NCBI GenBank assembly: GCA_013416795.1
Contig: RQSC01001202.1
Coordinates: forward strand, 1-64,000
Length of the DNA: 64,000 nucleotides
Source of the DNA: Prasinococcaceae sp. CCMP 1430
Taxonomy: Eukaryota; Plantae; Prasinodermophyta
Direction: 5' to 3'
This document shows, piece by piece, positions 11,919 through 21,559 of this stretch. The stretch's first letter is position 1. Each line of letters begins with the position of its first letter. The position numbers and the translations under genes were made by a program. The notes beneath the pieces are model-generated. The model did not search any database. It was not told the origin of the DNA and saw only the letters and a list, made by a program, of their open reading frames with translations.

Positions 11919-13358
11919 CTACCGACCCGCCCTCAGCGCTGCAGCTGACGACGGCACATTCGCGTCGCCGTTTCCGCCGCGCCCCCCGAAAATCTCGCCA
12001 CCGGAGCAAGCGGCCGCCAGCTCCGACATGGCAGCTTCCGAAGACGAGCTCGCGCCTGAGTCGCTGGGCCCATCGCGGACGCTCTCGCCCTCGCTCGTCG
12101 CCGGGTCCGAGAGGTCGCAGAAAACCGCGGCCGCGTGCGCTGCGCACGCCGCCGACCGCGAAGCGGCCTCCGCCGTGGACGCGCGGCATGTGTGTGCGCC
12201 CGCCCCCCGCATCACATGCGATTGGCGGCGACAGTCCGCGTTGCAGAACCAGGCCGAACCACACTCGCACGCGAGTGGCGCCCGCAGCATCTTGCACACG
12301 CTGCAGCGCATTGCAGTGCGCGAGAGCGCCAGCTCGGCGCCAGGCGGGCGCGTCGCGCTGTCGGTCGCGGCGCTCCTTGCGAGCGCACGGCGAGGCGCGC
12401 CGCCGTTCTTCAGCGCCGCGCTCTCGCCGCAGGACTGGCACGTGGCCATCGCCACGCGCGGCGGGGCGGTGGGCGCAGAATCGGCCGGATTGAAGCGCTC
12501 CAGCTCGGCGGCGTTGAGTGCGGGCACGGGCTCGCCGCCCTCGCGCGACACCCACTCGGCCTGGTGGGCGGTGAGGACCTTTCCCTCCGCCAGGACGTAG
12601 TTGACGCACACGTAGTGGTCGTCCGCCTCGAACATGGTCTGGCGCTGGCGCTTGCCCAGCAGGTGCACGCGTAGCTCTAAGCCCCCGCGCGCCGCCAGCA
12701 CGGGCGGGCGCAGTTCGAAGCGCTGCGGGCTGGCGGCCGTCACCTCCGACCCCTCGGCGGCGTTCGAGCTGCCCCCCAGGCCCTCCTCGCTCACGCGGAA
12801 CGCCTCGCTGACGTACAGCACGTCGCCTTCGCCGTCGCGCAGCTCCACCTGCACGGCGTCCGGCCAGTACGTGGGGTAGCGACCCGTGGCGGGGTCGATG
12901 GGCTGCCAGAAGGCGCAGTAGGGCGCCAGCGTGAGAGCCTCGATGACCATGGGCCCCGCGGGCGACAGGCGATAGAGCAGCCAGTCGTCCGAGGCGGGGT
13001 TGGTGCTGCCCGCGCTGCTCCAATAGCACGGGCGCTGCGCGAGCGGCCATGGGCGCTGGCAGGTGCACTGATGGCGGCGGCTGGGGTCGGTGCACACGCT
13101 GGGCTTGAGCGTGTTGTGCGCGCTCTCGCTGGCGTTGTCCACCGTGCTCGAGCCCAGCGCGGAGTGCAGTAGCTGGCTCACGGCAGTGGCGCCGAGCGTG
13201 CAGTCGGCGAGGAGCCCGCGCCAGTCGGACCCGCCGCGGCGGAGCGCGGCCTCGCACGCGTCGGCCTCTGCCTCCTGCGAGCCGCGCGGCGCCGCGGCGG
13301 CCGGGTAGTGGTCTTCGTCGCGGTCTGTACCTAACGCCGCCGCGCCCGCGCAGCACAT
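11919..13358 (-). CDS. Protein with At4g00755 (plant F-box family)-like domain and MYND-like zinc finger
   Basis: YWSSAGS..DWLLYRL..APYCAFWQ...FELRPPVL..ELRVHLLGKRQRQ..HYVCVNYV resembles the At4g00755 C-terminal domain. CSVC-x8-CEC-x4-FC-x3-C-x4-H-x7-HTC is MYND-like. Confidence 0.6.
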   Translation of the reverse strand: MCCAGAAALGTDRDEDHYPAAAAPRGSQEAEADACEAALRRGGSDWRGLLADCTLGATAVSQLLHSALGSSTVDNASESAHNTLKPSVCTDPSRRHQCTCQRPWPLAQRPCYWSSAGSTNPASDDWLLYRLSPAGPMVIEALTLAPYCAFWQPIDPATGRYPTYWPDAVQVELRDGEGDVLYVSEAFRVSEEGLGGSSNAAEGSEVTAASPQRFELRPPVLAARGGLELRVHLLGKRQRQTMFEADDHYVCVNYVLAEGKVLTAHQAEWVSREGGEPVPALNAAELERFNPADSAPTAPPRVAMATCQSCGESAALKNGGAPRRALARSAATDSATRPPGAELALSRTAMRCSVCKMLRAPLACECGSAWFCNADCRRQSHVMRGAGAHTCRASTAEAASRSAACAAHAAAVFCDLSDPATSEGESVRDGPSDSGASSSSEAAMSELAAACSGGEIFGGRGGNGDANVPSSAAALRAGR

Positions 13359-13767
13359 CGCCGCCGGCGCGAGAGGCCGCGTGGCGAACCAGGGGCTCTC
13401 AATTCCACTCCCGCTCCGCCCACGCCCGCTCACTCCCCGCGCGCGCTGTGGCACCGGCGGCCCTCCCTCTCACTCCTGCGCGCGCGCGCGCGCGCGCGCG
13501 CGCGCGCGCGCACCGAGCGCGCCCGATCGAATTGCCGCTCCGCTCCGCGCGAATTCCCTCCCGCGCGGCGCCCGAACGCACCCGTCCTGACCAACCCAAA
13601 CCCCGGAGGCCCGCGTCCGAAACGCCACGCGCGGGGGGGGTCGCGGCCGCGCGCGTGAGATCTCCCGTGGGGAAGAGACGGCCCGCGCCGCAGGCCGCGT
13701 CGACGGGGTGCGCCGCGCGCGCGGGAAAAGATTCGCGCGCGCGCGCGCGCTCCGATCCGGTTCGTGC

Positions 13768-14250
13768 GGCCGGCGTCGAAGGTACAGATATGGTTTAGGT
13801 TTTGTATTTAGGTATAGTGATAGACGGTGCGTATTTAACATCTAATTACAGTACAGTAGCATTTGAAAAGGGTCTACGACCGAAAACGGCCTCCTTTCCC
13901 GTGCATTTTGACGTAGTTGGTTGTTTTGCTTCAGCGGACAGGGTGTGATGTAGGCCGGCGTCGAAGGTCCGGTTTAGGTTTGGTATTTGGGTGTAGCGCG
14001 AGAGGGTTTGTTTTAGGCCGGCGTCGACGGTCGGGTTCAGGTTTTGTCTTTCGGGTATAATAATAGAGGGTTTGCTTCTAGGTCGCGCGGCACTGGGCGA
14101 GCGGCGACTGGCGCGTCCATCAGGGCCACGCGGGTGGCATCGGCGGTGGGGTTGAGGTTGTGCTTTTGGGGTATGAGGAGGGTGTAGATTTGGGCTGCGG
14201 GCTCTGGCCGATGGGGGCGGGGGTGGAGGTTGAGGCTGGGCATGAGGTCG
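13768..14250. repeat. Degenerate ~63-65-bp tandem repeat with GGTTTAGG-like cores
   Basis: Units GGCCGGCGTCGA(A/C)GGT..GGTT(T/C)AGGTT at 13768, 13953 and 14016; decayed units at ~14079, ~14146 and ~14221. Confidence 0.65.
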
Positions 14251-14421
14251 TGGCTCTGAGGTTGGGGTCGAGCGCGACTGGCCCAATCTGGCGGCAGAGG
14301 GCGAGGCGCGGGCGGAGGGCGGGGCGGCGCCCGTCGCCGCGCCGCGTGGCCGTGCTTAGTTACGAGGTCGTCATTTAAAAAGTCACCGCAGCAGCGCCGC
14401 CCGTCCCCCGCGCGGTGGGCC

Positions 14422-14797
14422 CTATGCCCTCACGTTGACGGCGTCGGCCTCCACCTGTGTGTTGATCACGTGCTGGTTGACGATGTCGTCGCCGTATTTG
14501 GGGATGAAGCCCGTGTCCACGTCGCCCTCCTTGAACTTGTGGTGGTCGAGGATGAGGCTCTGGTACGGGCCCGTGGTGGGCACGCCCTGAATCACCATCT
14601 CCTTGAGCGCGCGCTTCATGCGGATGATCGCCGCGTCGCGATCCTCGCCCCACACAATGAGCTTGCCCAGCAAGCTGTCGTAGTGCGGCGGCACCGTGTA
14701 CTCGCTGTACAGGTGGCTGTCCATGCGCACGTTGGGTCCGCCGGGCGGCAGGTACGCCTTGATGCGGCCGGGGCCCGGGCGGAAGTTCTTGAAGGCG

Positions 14798-14834
<37 letters not shown>

Positions 14835-15322
14835 GGATCTTGATGTCCTCCTGCTTGTAGCGCAGCACCTCGCCCTGCGCGACGCGGATCTGGTTCTCGA
14901 TCAGATCGATGCCCGTGATCATCTCGGTGACGGGATGCTCCACCTGGATGCGCGTGTTCATCTCCATGAAGTAGAACTCGCCGCTCTGGTCGAGCAGGAA
15001 CTCGATGGTGCCGACGCCGATGTAGCCGATGGAGCTCGCCGCTGCGACGGCCGCGTCGCCCATGCGCTTCCGCAGGTCTTCGTCCAGCGCCGGCGAGGGC
15101 CCCTCCTCGAGCAGCTTCTGGTTGCGGCGCTGGATGGAGCAGTCGCGCTCACCGAGGTGGATGTAGTTGCCGTGCTGGTCGCCCAGCACCTGGAACTCGA
15201 TGTGCCTCGGGTTGACGATGGCCTTCTCGAGGTAGCAGCCCGAGTTGCCGAAGGCCGCCTCGGCCTCGGACTGCGCGGCCTTGAGCAGCGTGATGAAGTC
15301 CTTCTCCTCGTGGCACAGACGC

Positions 15323-15356
<34 letters not shown>

Positions 15357-15939
15357 TCATGATCGGGAAGCCCATTTCCTTGGACAGCTCGATGGCGTGC
15401 TCGTCGTCGCGGATGAGGCCGTCCGAGCCCGGCACGCACGGCACCTCCGCCGCCATCATGGTGGCGCGCGCGGTGGCCTTGTCGCCCATCTGCGTGATGT
15501 TCTCCGGGTGGGGGCCGATGAAGGTGATGTTGTGGTCGCGGCAGATCTCCACGAAGGTGGCGTTCTCGCTGAGGAAGCCGTAGCCCGGGTGAATGGCGTT
15601 GGCACCGCGGCTGACGGCGGCGGCAATCACGTTGGGAATGTTGAGGTACGACTCGGCGGACGACGCGCCGCCGATGCACACCGCCTCGTCGGCGAGCTGC
15701 ACGTGCAGCGCATCCTTGTCGGCGGTCGAGTACACGGCCACAGTCTTGAGGCCGAGCTCCTGGCACGCGCGGATGACGCGCACGGCGATCTCGCCGCGGT
15801 TGGCGATGAGCACCTTGTCGAAGCCCGTCGCGCGCGCGCGCGTGGGCGCCGCCGACGCGCAGCGGCGCGGCGCCGAGCGACGCGCGTGCGCGCGCCCGCC
15901 CGCCGACTTGGCGCTGCCGGCGAGCGCGGCGCCGCGCAT
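14422..15939 (-). CDS. accC: Biotin carboxylase subunit of plastid heteromeric acetyl-CoA carboxylase
   Basis: DKVLIANRGEIAVRVIRAC, IHPGYGFLSENA, GGGGRGMR, FMEMNTRIQVEHPVTE, YDSLLGKLIVWG. Ala/Arg-rich transit peptide; a CAG acceptor immediately precedes the ATG. Confidence 0.96.
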
Positions 15940-18340
15940 CTGTAGGGGGGGCAAGGAGGGAGACCTCAGCGTCAGCGACGACGGCAAGGCGCAGATCGCA
16001 GCAGCACGGGCAGCGGCGCATATTGCCGCACGGATTGAGGTGCGGCGCGCGCCCGAATACACGCGCAGGCGCGGCTTCTGCCGCTGAAGGCGCGTGCACG
16101 AGGCGACGGCATCCCACAACGGGCGGCCTCCGGCGTCGGGAGCCTTCCCGCTCGCAGCGGCTTCGCGCGCGCGCGCGCACGCGCGCGCTCTTCGAGCATG
16201 CGACGCCACGCGAGGCTCAGCGATGCCACCAGCCGCGCGGTGGCCCGCGCTCCGCCCATCGCCGCGCCCAATCGCACCAACAGCGCCGCGCTCGCGCCGC
16301 CGGCGGGGNNNNNNNNNNNNNNNNNNNNNNNNNNNNNNNNNNNNNNNNNNNNNNNNNNNNNNNNNNNNNNNNNNNNNNNNNNNNNNNNNNNNNNNNNNNN
16401 NNNNNNNNNNNNNNNNNNNNNNNNNNNNNNNNNNNNNNNNNNNNNNNNNNNNNNNNNNNNNNNNNNNNNNNNNNNNNNNNNNNNNNNNNNNNNNNNNNNN
16501 NNNNNNNNNNNNGGTCCGCGGCGGCGCGAGTGGCGCGCCGCGTCGGCGGCCTCGCCGCGTGTGGCCGACGCGCGCCGCTTTTTCTCACCCGCGTCCGCAC
16601 AACCCCGCGCGAAAAAAAAACGCAAACGCCCGCGTAAAAAACAAACAGCGTTTAAACCGCATTTCAACCGCGCATCGCGCGTATTACCCCCGACGATGAA
16701 CACATTTCACACATATATATAAGTTCACGGAAAGATTTGGAATACGCGTTATTTTCCTGCGGGCGCGCGCGCGCCGGTTTTTCACCCGCGCGTCGCGGGG
16801 CCGCCCCCAACCCTAACGCCCCGCCCTTGCGCGTTCATACGTACGTAGCGCCCAAACCAAACCGCGGATTCGCTTCTTAAAAGAGCTGCTTCTGAAATAT
16901 ATATATATGTACATGAATGCGTAACAAATACAAACGACGGTCTTCGAAATGCATTCGGTTCCCCTCGATGAGTTGGCGTATCTCCGTGACCATACCAGGG
17001 CGGTCCCAGCGGCGCCACCGGCCGCTCGATCGGGATGCCGCGCGTCACTCCGACCCCGAAAGGGGTTCCATGGACACTCGACCTGAATTACATCCGTTTC
17101 AGGTGGAGTCCAATCCGGGTTCGAGATGGATTCCGCGATGCGAAAAATAGACCCTGATGAGGAAAACCCCGATTGGGTGGCCGTCCGCGCGCGTTTTCTG
17201 GCGGGAAAAATCTCGCCATCGAAACGCATGCGGCCGGTCGGATAAGAGGATCGCGCGCGCGCGCGCACGTGTGGCTGCGGGCGCGCCCCGCAACCCTGCG
17301 CGCCCGCGGGCCGGCCAGGGGAGCGTTGGTGGGTGTGCGAAGGGGGGGAAGGGGGCTTGGGCGCTCGCCGGCCCACGACCGGCCAATCGGTGAGTGGGGC
17401 GCGGTCTCTGCGTCTTGGCGGGCGTGGCCTCACTCATCCCGGCGCGGGGTCGGAGCACGGGCGCCCTGCACCAGACTCGATTGAAGCGCGTGACAGGCAT
17501 CCCGGCCGACCCGAGCTCTGTCTATCTGTCTGTGGGTGCATCGGTCGGCCATGCACCCCAGCCAACAGCGAGCCTGAGGAGCGCGCCCATCCAGGCGAGG
17601 CTGGCTGGTGGTTGTTCCGGTGTTCGTCCTCAGTCCTCTGTCTGCCTCTGCCTGCGCGTGGGTGACGAGATCTCGCCAGGAGGGGTGGGCGTCTGGGTTG
17701 GGCGGCGCGGCCGGTAGTAGGAGTAAGAAGTCTGAGTAGTGAGCACAGACAGTAGTGAGCATCGGCCAGCCGGCCGGCCGGGGCCACCGACCAGTCCAGC
17801 CAGTCCTACTCCCCCTAGCCGGCCCGGCCCACGACGAGCGCCTCGGGCACCGGCACGCCCTACCCCAACCCCGAGGCCCTGCCTGACTCTGAATGCGACG
17901 TGCCGGTGCCTTCACGTAAACATCTCGGTGCTGTACATGCAGACGGATTGAACCCTATTCAAATTTACATCAGACCCCCGAACACAACACGTGTGTCCAC
18001 GGGCTGGGAAGCACGCACCCGAGCACGGGCCCTCCACCCCGAAGGAGGGGTGCACACGGCGCTCCGACAAACCAGAAGCCCCACGCACGCGCCTTCGACG
18101 GGTCTCCCGTGGTCAATCGTGACATCGTTTCGCACCTATAAATAAGGGAGGCCCGGCGAGATGTGGACCCTAGGAGGTGGGAGTACCTGAAGATGGGATA
18201 GAGTCTGATCCGAACCTGAACTCGTCCGCACGTGGGACAGTGGGTGGGATGTCGCGCGGGGCTTGGTGCGCAGGCCGGGGGGCGGCACAAGGCGCACGCC
18301 CCGCGGGTCGCGGGTGGGGGGACGCGTGTGCGTGTGAGGG

Positions 18341-18508
18341 GTGCCTCGCGTGGGCGATGGCGGTGGCGACGATGGCGGCGATGAGGGAGCGGAGGGCGAC
18401 GCAGCGGAGGAGGATGCTCCGAAAGAGCCCCCTGCCGAACCCAAGTGGGAGGAGATCGCGCAAGCGCTCGCGAGCGGGAAGAAGGAGATCAAGTGCCTGC
18501 GCGCGGGC
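18341..18508 (+). other. Orphan coding fragment cut by a single N
   Basis: Open frame GDGGGDDGGDEGAEGDAAEEDAPKEPPAEPKWEEIAQALASGKKEIKCLRAG with coding-like codon use ends at N18509. It is not TrpA sequence. Confidence 0.35.
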
Positions 18509-18528
18509 NACGCCGCTGCCGCGCGCAG

Positions 18529-19131
18529 GCGGCGGCGACGCGCGCGCTCGCCGGCGGGGCCAAGCTGCAGGGCGTGATCGACATGCTCGCCGGCGTGAGC
18601 CCGAAGCTCAGCGCGCCCGTGGTGCTCTTCACGTACTACAACCCCATCATCGCGTACGGTGCCCGCGATTTCATGGCGGCAGCGAAGGCCGCCGGCGCGA
18701 GCGGCCTCCTGGTGCCTGACCTGCCCCTCGAGGAGACCGACACGATGCGCGCGCTGGCGGAGGAGGCCGGCCTCGAGACGGTGCTGCTCGTGACGCCCAC
18801 CACTCCCGTGGAGCGCATGGCGATGATCGCCGAGAAGACCCAGGGGTTCGTCTACCTCGTGTCGGTCGCGGGCGTCACGGGCACGCGCACCACGGTGGCC
18901 ACGGGCGTGGAGGGGCTCATCGAGCAGCTGCGTACCGTCACCGACAAGCCCATCGCGGTGGGCTTCGGCATCAGCGGCGGGGAGCAGGCCAAGCAGGTCA
19001 AGGAGTGGGGCGCGGACGGCGTCATTGCGGGAAGCGCGTTTGTGCGGGCGCTGGGCGAGGCGAGCAGCGCCGAGGAGGGCGTTGCCAAGGTCGGGGCGCT
19101 CGCCAAGGAGCTGAAGGACGCAGTCGCGTAG
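18529..19131 (+). CDS. trpA: Tryptophan synthase alpha chain, C-terminal exon only
   Basis: CAG acceptor at 18528, then AAATRALAGG, VVLFTYYNPI, GLLVPDLPLEE, FVYLVSVAGVTG, VGFGIS, ADGVIAGSA. The N-terminal catalytic region is absent from the window. Confidence 0.93.
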   Translation, partial: AAATRALAGGAKLQGVIDMLAGVSPKLSAPVVLFTYYNPIIAYGARDFMAAAKAAGASGLLVPDLPLEETDTMRALAEEAGLETVLLVTPTTPVERMAMIAEKTQGFVYLVSVAGVTGTRTTVATGVEGLIEQLRTVTDKPIAVGFGISGGEQAKQVKEWGADGVIAGSAFVRALGEASSAEEGVAKVGALAKELKDAVA

Positions 19132-19286
19132 GCCGCGCGCCTGGAGGGCGGCGAGCAGCGTCGAGTAAGGCCGCGCCCTTCTGACACGCGCGCGCACACG
19201 CCGAGTTCGCGCGCGAGCGCCCGCGCGCATTCGGCGCGGCCCTCGCTCGCTCCCCTGCCAGTGCTCGCCCTCGCGACAGCGAATGC

Positions 19287-21488
19287 TTACGCGCCGCCAA
19301 CGTTCGCTCCGGCCGGTCCCCGACCGTTCCCAACGCGCGAGATTCCTTGCCCTTTGGCGGCCACCGCCGAGGCTTCGGCGCGCGCGGCGGCCGCACTCGC
19401 AGCACTTGCAACGAGCGCGGCGGCACCGCTCGCGCTCCCCGCGTCTGCTTGGGCCAGAATGGCGGCGACCTGTGTGCGCGAAGCCTCCAGCTCGCTCCTG
19501 AGCGAGTCCGCCTCAGCGGCCGCGGCCGCGGCCGCCTCCTTCGCGGCTGCCTCGGAGGCCTCGGCGCGCGCGGCGACGTCCGCCGCAGCGTCCGCAGCAG
19601 ACTCGGCTGCGATCACCTTGCGAAAGCTCTCGTCGGCGTCCGCGCGGTGGCGCTCGCTGAGCGAGTCCATCGTCTTGAGCCGCGCGAGCGCGCGTTCCAG
19701 TTCCGCCTGCGTCGCCGCCCCCGTCGCCTCCGCCGCCTCTGCTCGCGCCAGCGCCTCTACGAGCGCGGCTTCGGCACGTTCAAGCTCCGCACGCGGCACA
19801 GCCGCCCCCGCATACGAGACGGCACCCTTGCCCCCTTGCGCGTCTGCCCGTTCGCGCATTCGGAGTTCCTCGCGCGCGGCCGCGGCATCGGTCTGTGCAA
19901 GCGCTGCTTTGCCCTCAGCGGCCTCGAGCCGCGCCAACAGGCCCCGGCCGAGGTCTTCGGCGGCGACCGTGCGGACGCGCGCAGCCTCGGCCTCGGCTTC
20001 GGCAGCGTTCGCGGCACGCTCAGATGCAGCTGCCGTCGCACGGAGCGCGTCCGCCAAGGCGGCACCGGCCTCCACGCGCTCGTTTGCTACCCTGAGCTCC
20101 AGCACCCGCCCTTGGAGCTCGGACTCGGCGGCCGCCGCACGCTCGCCAGATGAGACGGCGCGCTCGTCGGCGACCGCCGCCGCAGCGAGTGCCTCGCGGA
20201 GCTGCTCGCGCAGCTTGTCCACCCCAGCCAGAGCCACGAAGGTGCTTGAGGCCATGCTCACTCCCGCACCCGCACCAGCTTCGTCCGGCGCTTGGCCCTC
20301 AACGCCGAGGACGCCCTCGCCGCTCGCGCCCTCCTCCTCGCCCTCGCGCCGCCCCTCAAATTCGTCCTGAAATTGCTCGTCCGCTCGGCGTCCCTTCTGT
20401 TGCTGGTCTTGATTGTGACATCCGTTTGCTTCGTGCAGACCCTCTCCCTGCTGCTGGCCGCCATGCTCTTGAGGTTCCTGCTGTGGCTGTCGCTGCTCCT
20501 GCCATCGCGCGCGCGCGAACGCCCCGCCCGCTACCTCAGCGAACGAGCTCGCACCGCTTGCCAGGGCATCCTCGGGCGCGAAGTCGGCCTCGGAGTCGAG
20601 CTCTGGCTCGGCGAGCGCATCCATGCGCGGGTCGGGGCTTGTACCGGCGGACACGTTTGAGTGCGAGACGGTGCTCCCAGGTGCGCCGGCGTCCTCGGTT
20701 GGGTCGGTGCCCGCACGCCCGCCGCCTTGTTCGGCAGCGGCGGCGTGTGAGGTCTGCGCCGGAGGGGCAGCCTCCGCTGCGTGTGTGCTCGCCCGCGCGC
20801 CCGCGCCCGGTGCAGGCCCAGCGGCGGAGCTCGCGTGCACGCTCGCGAACGCCGCTGCAACGCCCCCCTGTGTGGCCTCGGACCGGTCGTAAGCATTCGC
20901 GAGCGCCGCGCTGTTGAAGCTCGGCGGCATCACCGGCGAAGACGACGATGCCCTCCCTCCGTTTCCTCGCCGCGCGCCTGCCCGTCGCCCGCTCGCGCGC
21001 GCCGTGGGGGAGGGCGTGCCCCACCAGCTGCCCTCGAACACGCTGCTCCCATCGACGAGCGGCGACGAGTGGCCCGAGCCGCCGCTCGCCGCGTCCGCCG
21101 TGCCGAGCGAGCGCGCGCCCGGCGGCGTGGCTGCCGCCGGGCCCACACGCTCTCCACCTCCGACGCGACCTGTCTCTGGCTCCCATCCGCCATACAGGCC
21201 GCGTCGGCGGCACCCGCGGCGCCCGCGGCGCGTCCGGACGCCGCGTACGCGGCGCAGCGGAGGACGAGTCGCGAGCAGTCCCAGAACAGGGGAGTAGGGA
21301 GGGAGGACGCGAGGGGGGGCAGGAGGCGGAGGGAGGTTGGTGGCGCCCTCCGGAGGCGCTGTGGCGCCATGCTGTGCAGCGGCCGTTTCTTTTTTTTTGT
21401 TTTTTTTTGTTGCGCGTCGCGCCACAGCACGCGCGCGCAGCAGGCGCTGCGCCCGCACCCTCGCCGTCGCCCCTTCCTCGCGCGCCAA
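19287..21488 (-). CDS. Uncharacterised low-complexity/coiled-coil protein (5' boundary uncertain)
   Basis: Long open frame with Gln/Glu-rich middle and an Ala/Glu/Arg heptad region (LREQLREALAAAAVADER...LRSELEASRTQ). The first ~100 codons are probably not coding. Confidence 0.5.
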   Translation of the reverse strand: MAREEGATARVRAQRLLRARAVARRATKKNKKKETAAAQHGATAPPEGATNLPPPPAPPRVLPPYSPVLGLLATRPPLRRVRGVRTRRGRRGCRRRGLYGGWEPETGRVGGGERVGPAAATPPGARSLGTADAASGGSGHSSPLVDGSSVFEGSWWGTPSPTARASGRRAGARRGNGGRASSSSPVMPPSFNSAALANAYDRSEATQGGVAAAFASVHASSAAGPAPGAGARASTHAAEAAPPAQTSHAAAAEQGGGRAGTDPTEDAGAPGSTVSHSNVSAGTSPDPRMDALAEPELDSEADFAPEDALASGASSFAEVAGGAFARARWQEQRQPQQEPQEHGGQQQGEGLHEANGCHNQDQQQKGRRADEQFQDEFEGRREGEEEGASGEGVLGVEGQAPDEAGAGAGVSMASSTFVALAGVDKLREQLREALAAAAVADERAVSSGERAAAAESELQGRVLELRVANERVEAGAALADALRATAAASERAANAAEAEAEAARVRTVAAEDLGRGLLARLEAAEGKAALAQTDAAAAREELRMRERADAQGGKGAVSYAGAAVPRAELERAEAALVEALARAEAAEATGAATQAELERALARLKTMDSLSERHRADADESFRKVIAAESAADAAADVAARAEASEAAAKEAAAAAAAEADSLRSELEASRTQVAAILAQADAGSASGAAALVASAASAAAARAEASAVAAKGQGISRVGNGRGPAGANVGGA

Positions 21489-21559
21489 GGCGCGCGCGGG
21501 AAGGGCCCGTCCGCGCGTGGGTGGCGAGGCGCGTGCGCTGCCCCCGTCCGCAGCTCGCG

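Noticed and set aside
17150-17230. Hammerhead ribozyme (CTGATGAG ... CGAAAC)
   Set aside because: Both core motifs are present, but I cannot form stem II directly between them. The only good helix (GAAAAC/GTTTTC) is not followed by GAAA. The CTGATGA at ~3588 also lacks GAAA.
16513-18340. ncRNA gene or transposon in the 1.8-kb gene-free stretch
   Set aside because: No tRNA, snRNA or rRNA signature, TIR, LTR or transposase motif was recognisable by eye. A covariance-model (Rfam) search would be needed.
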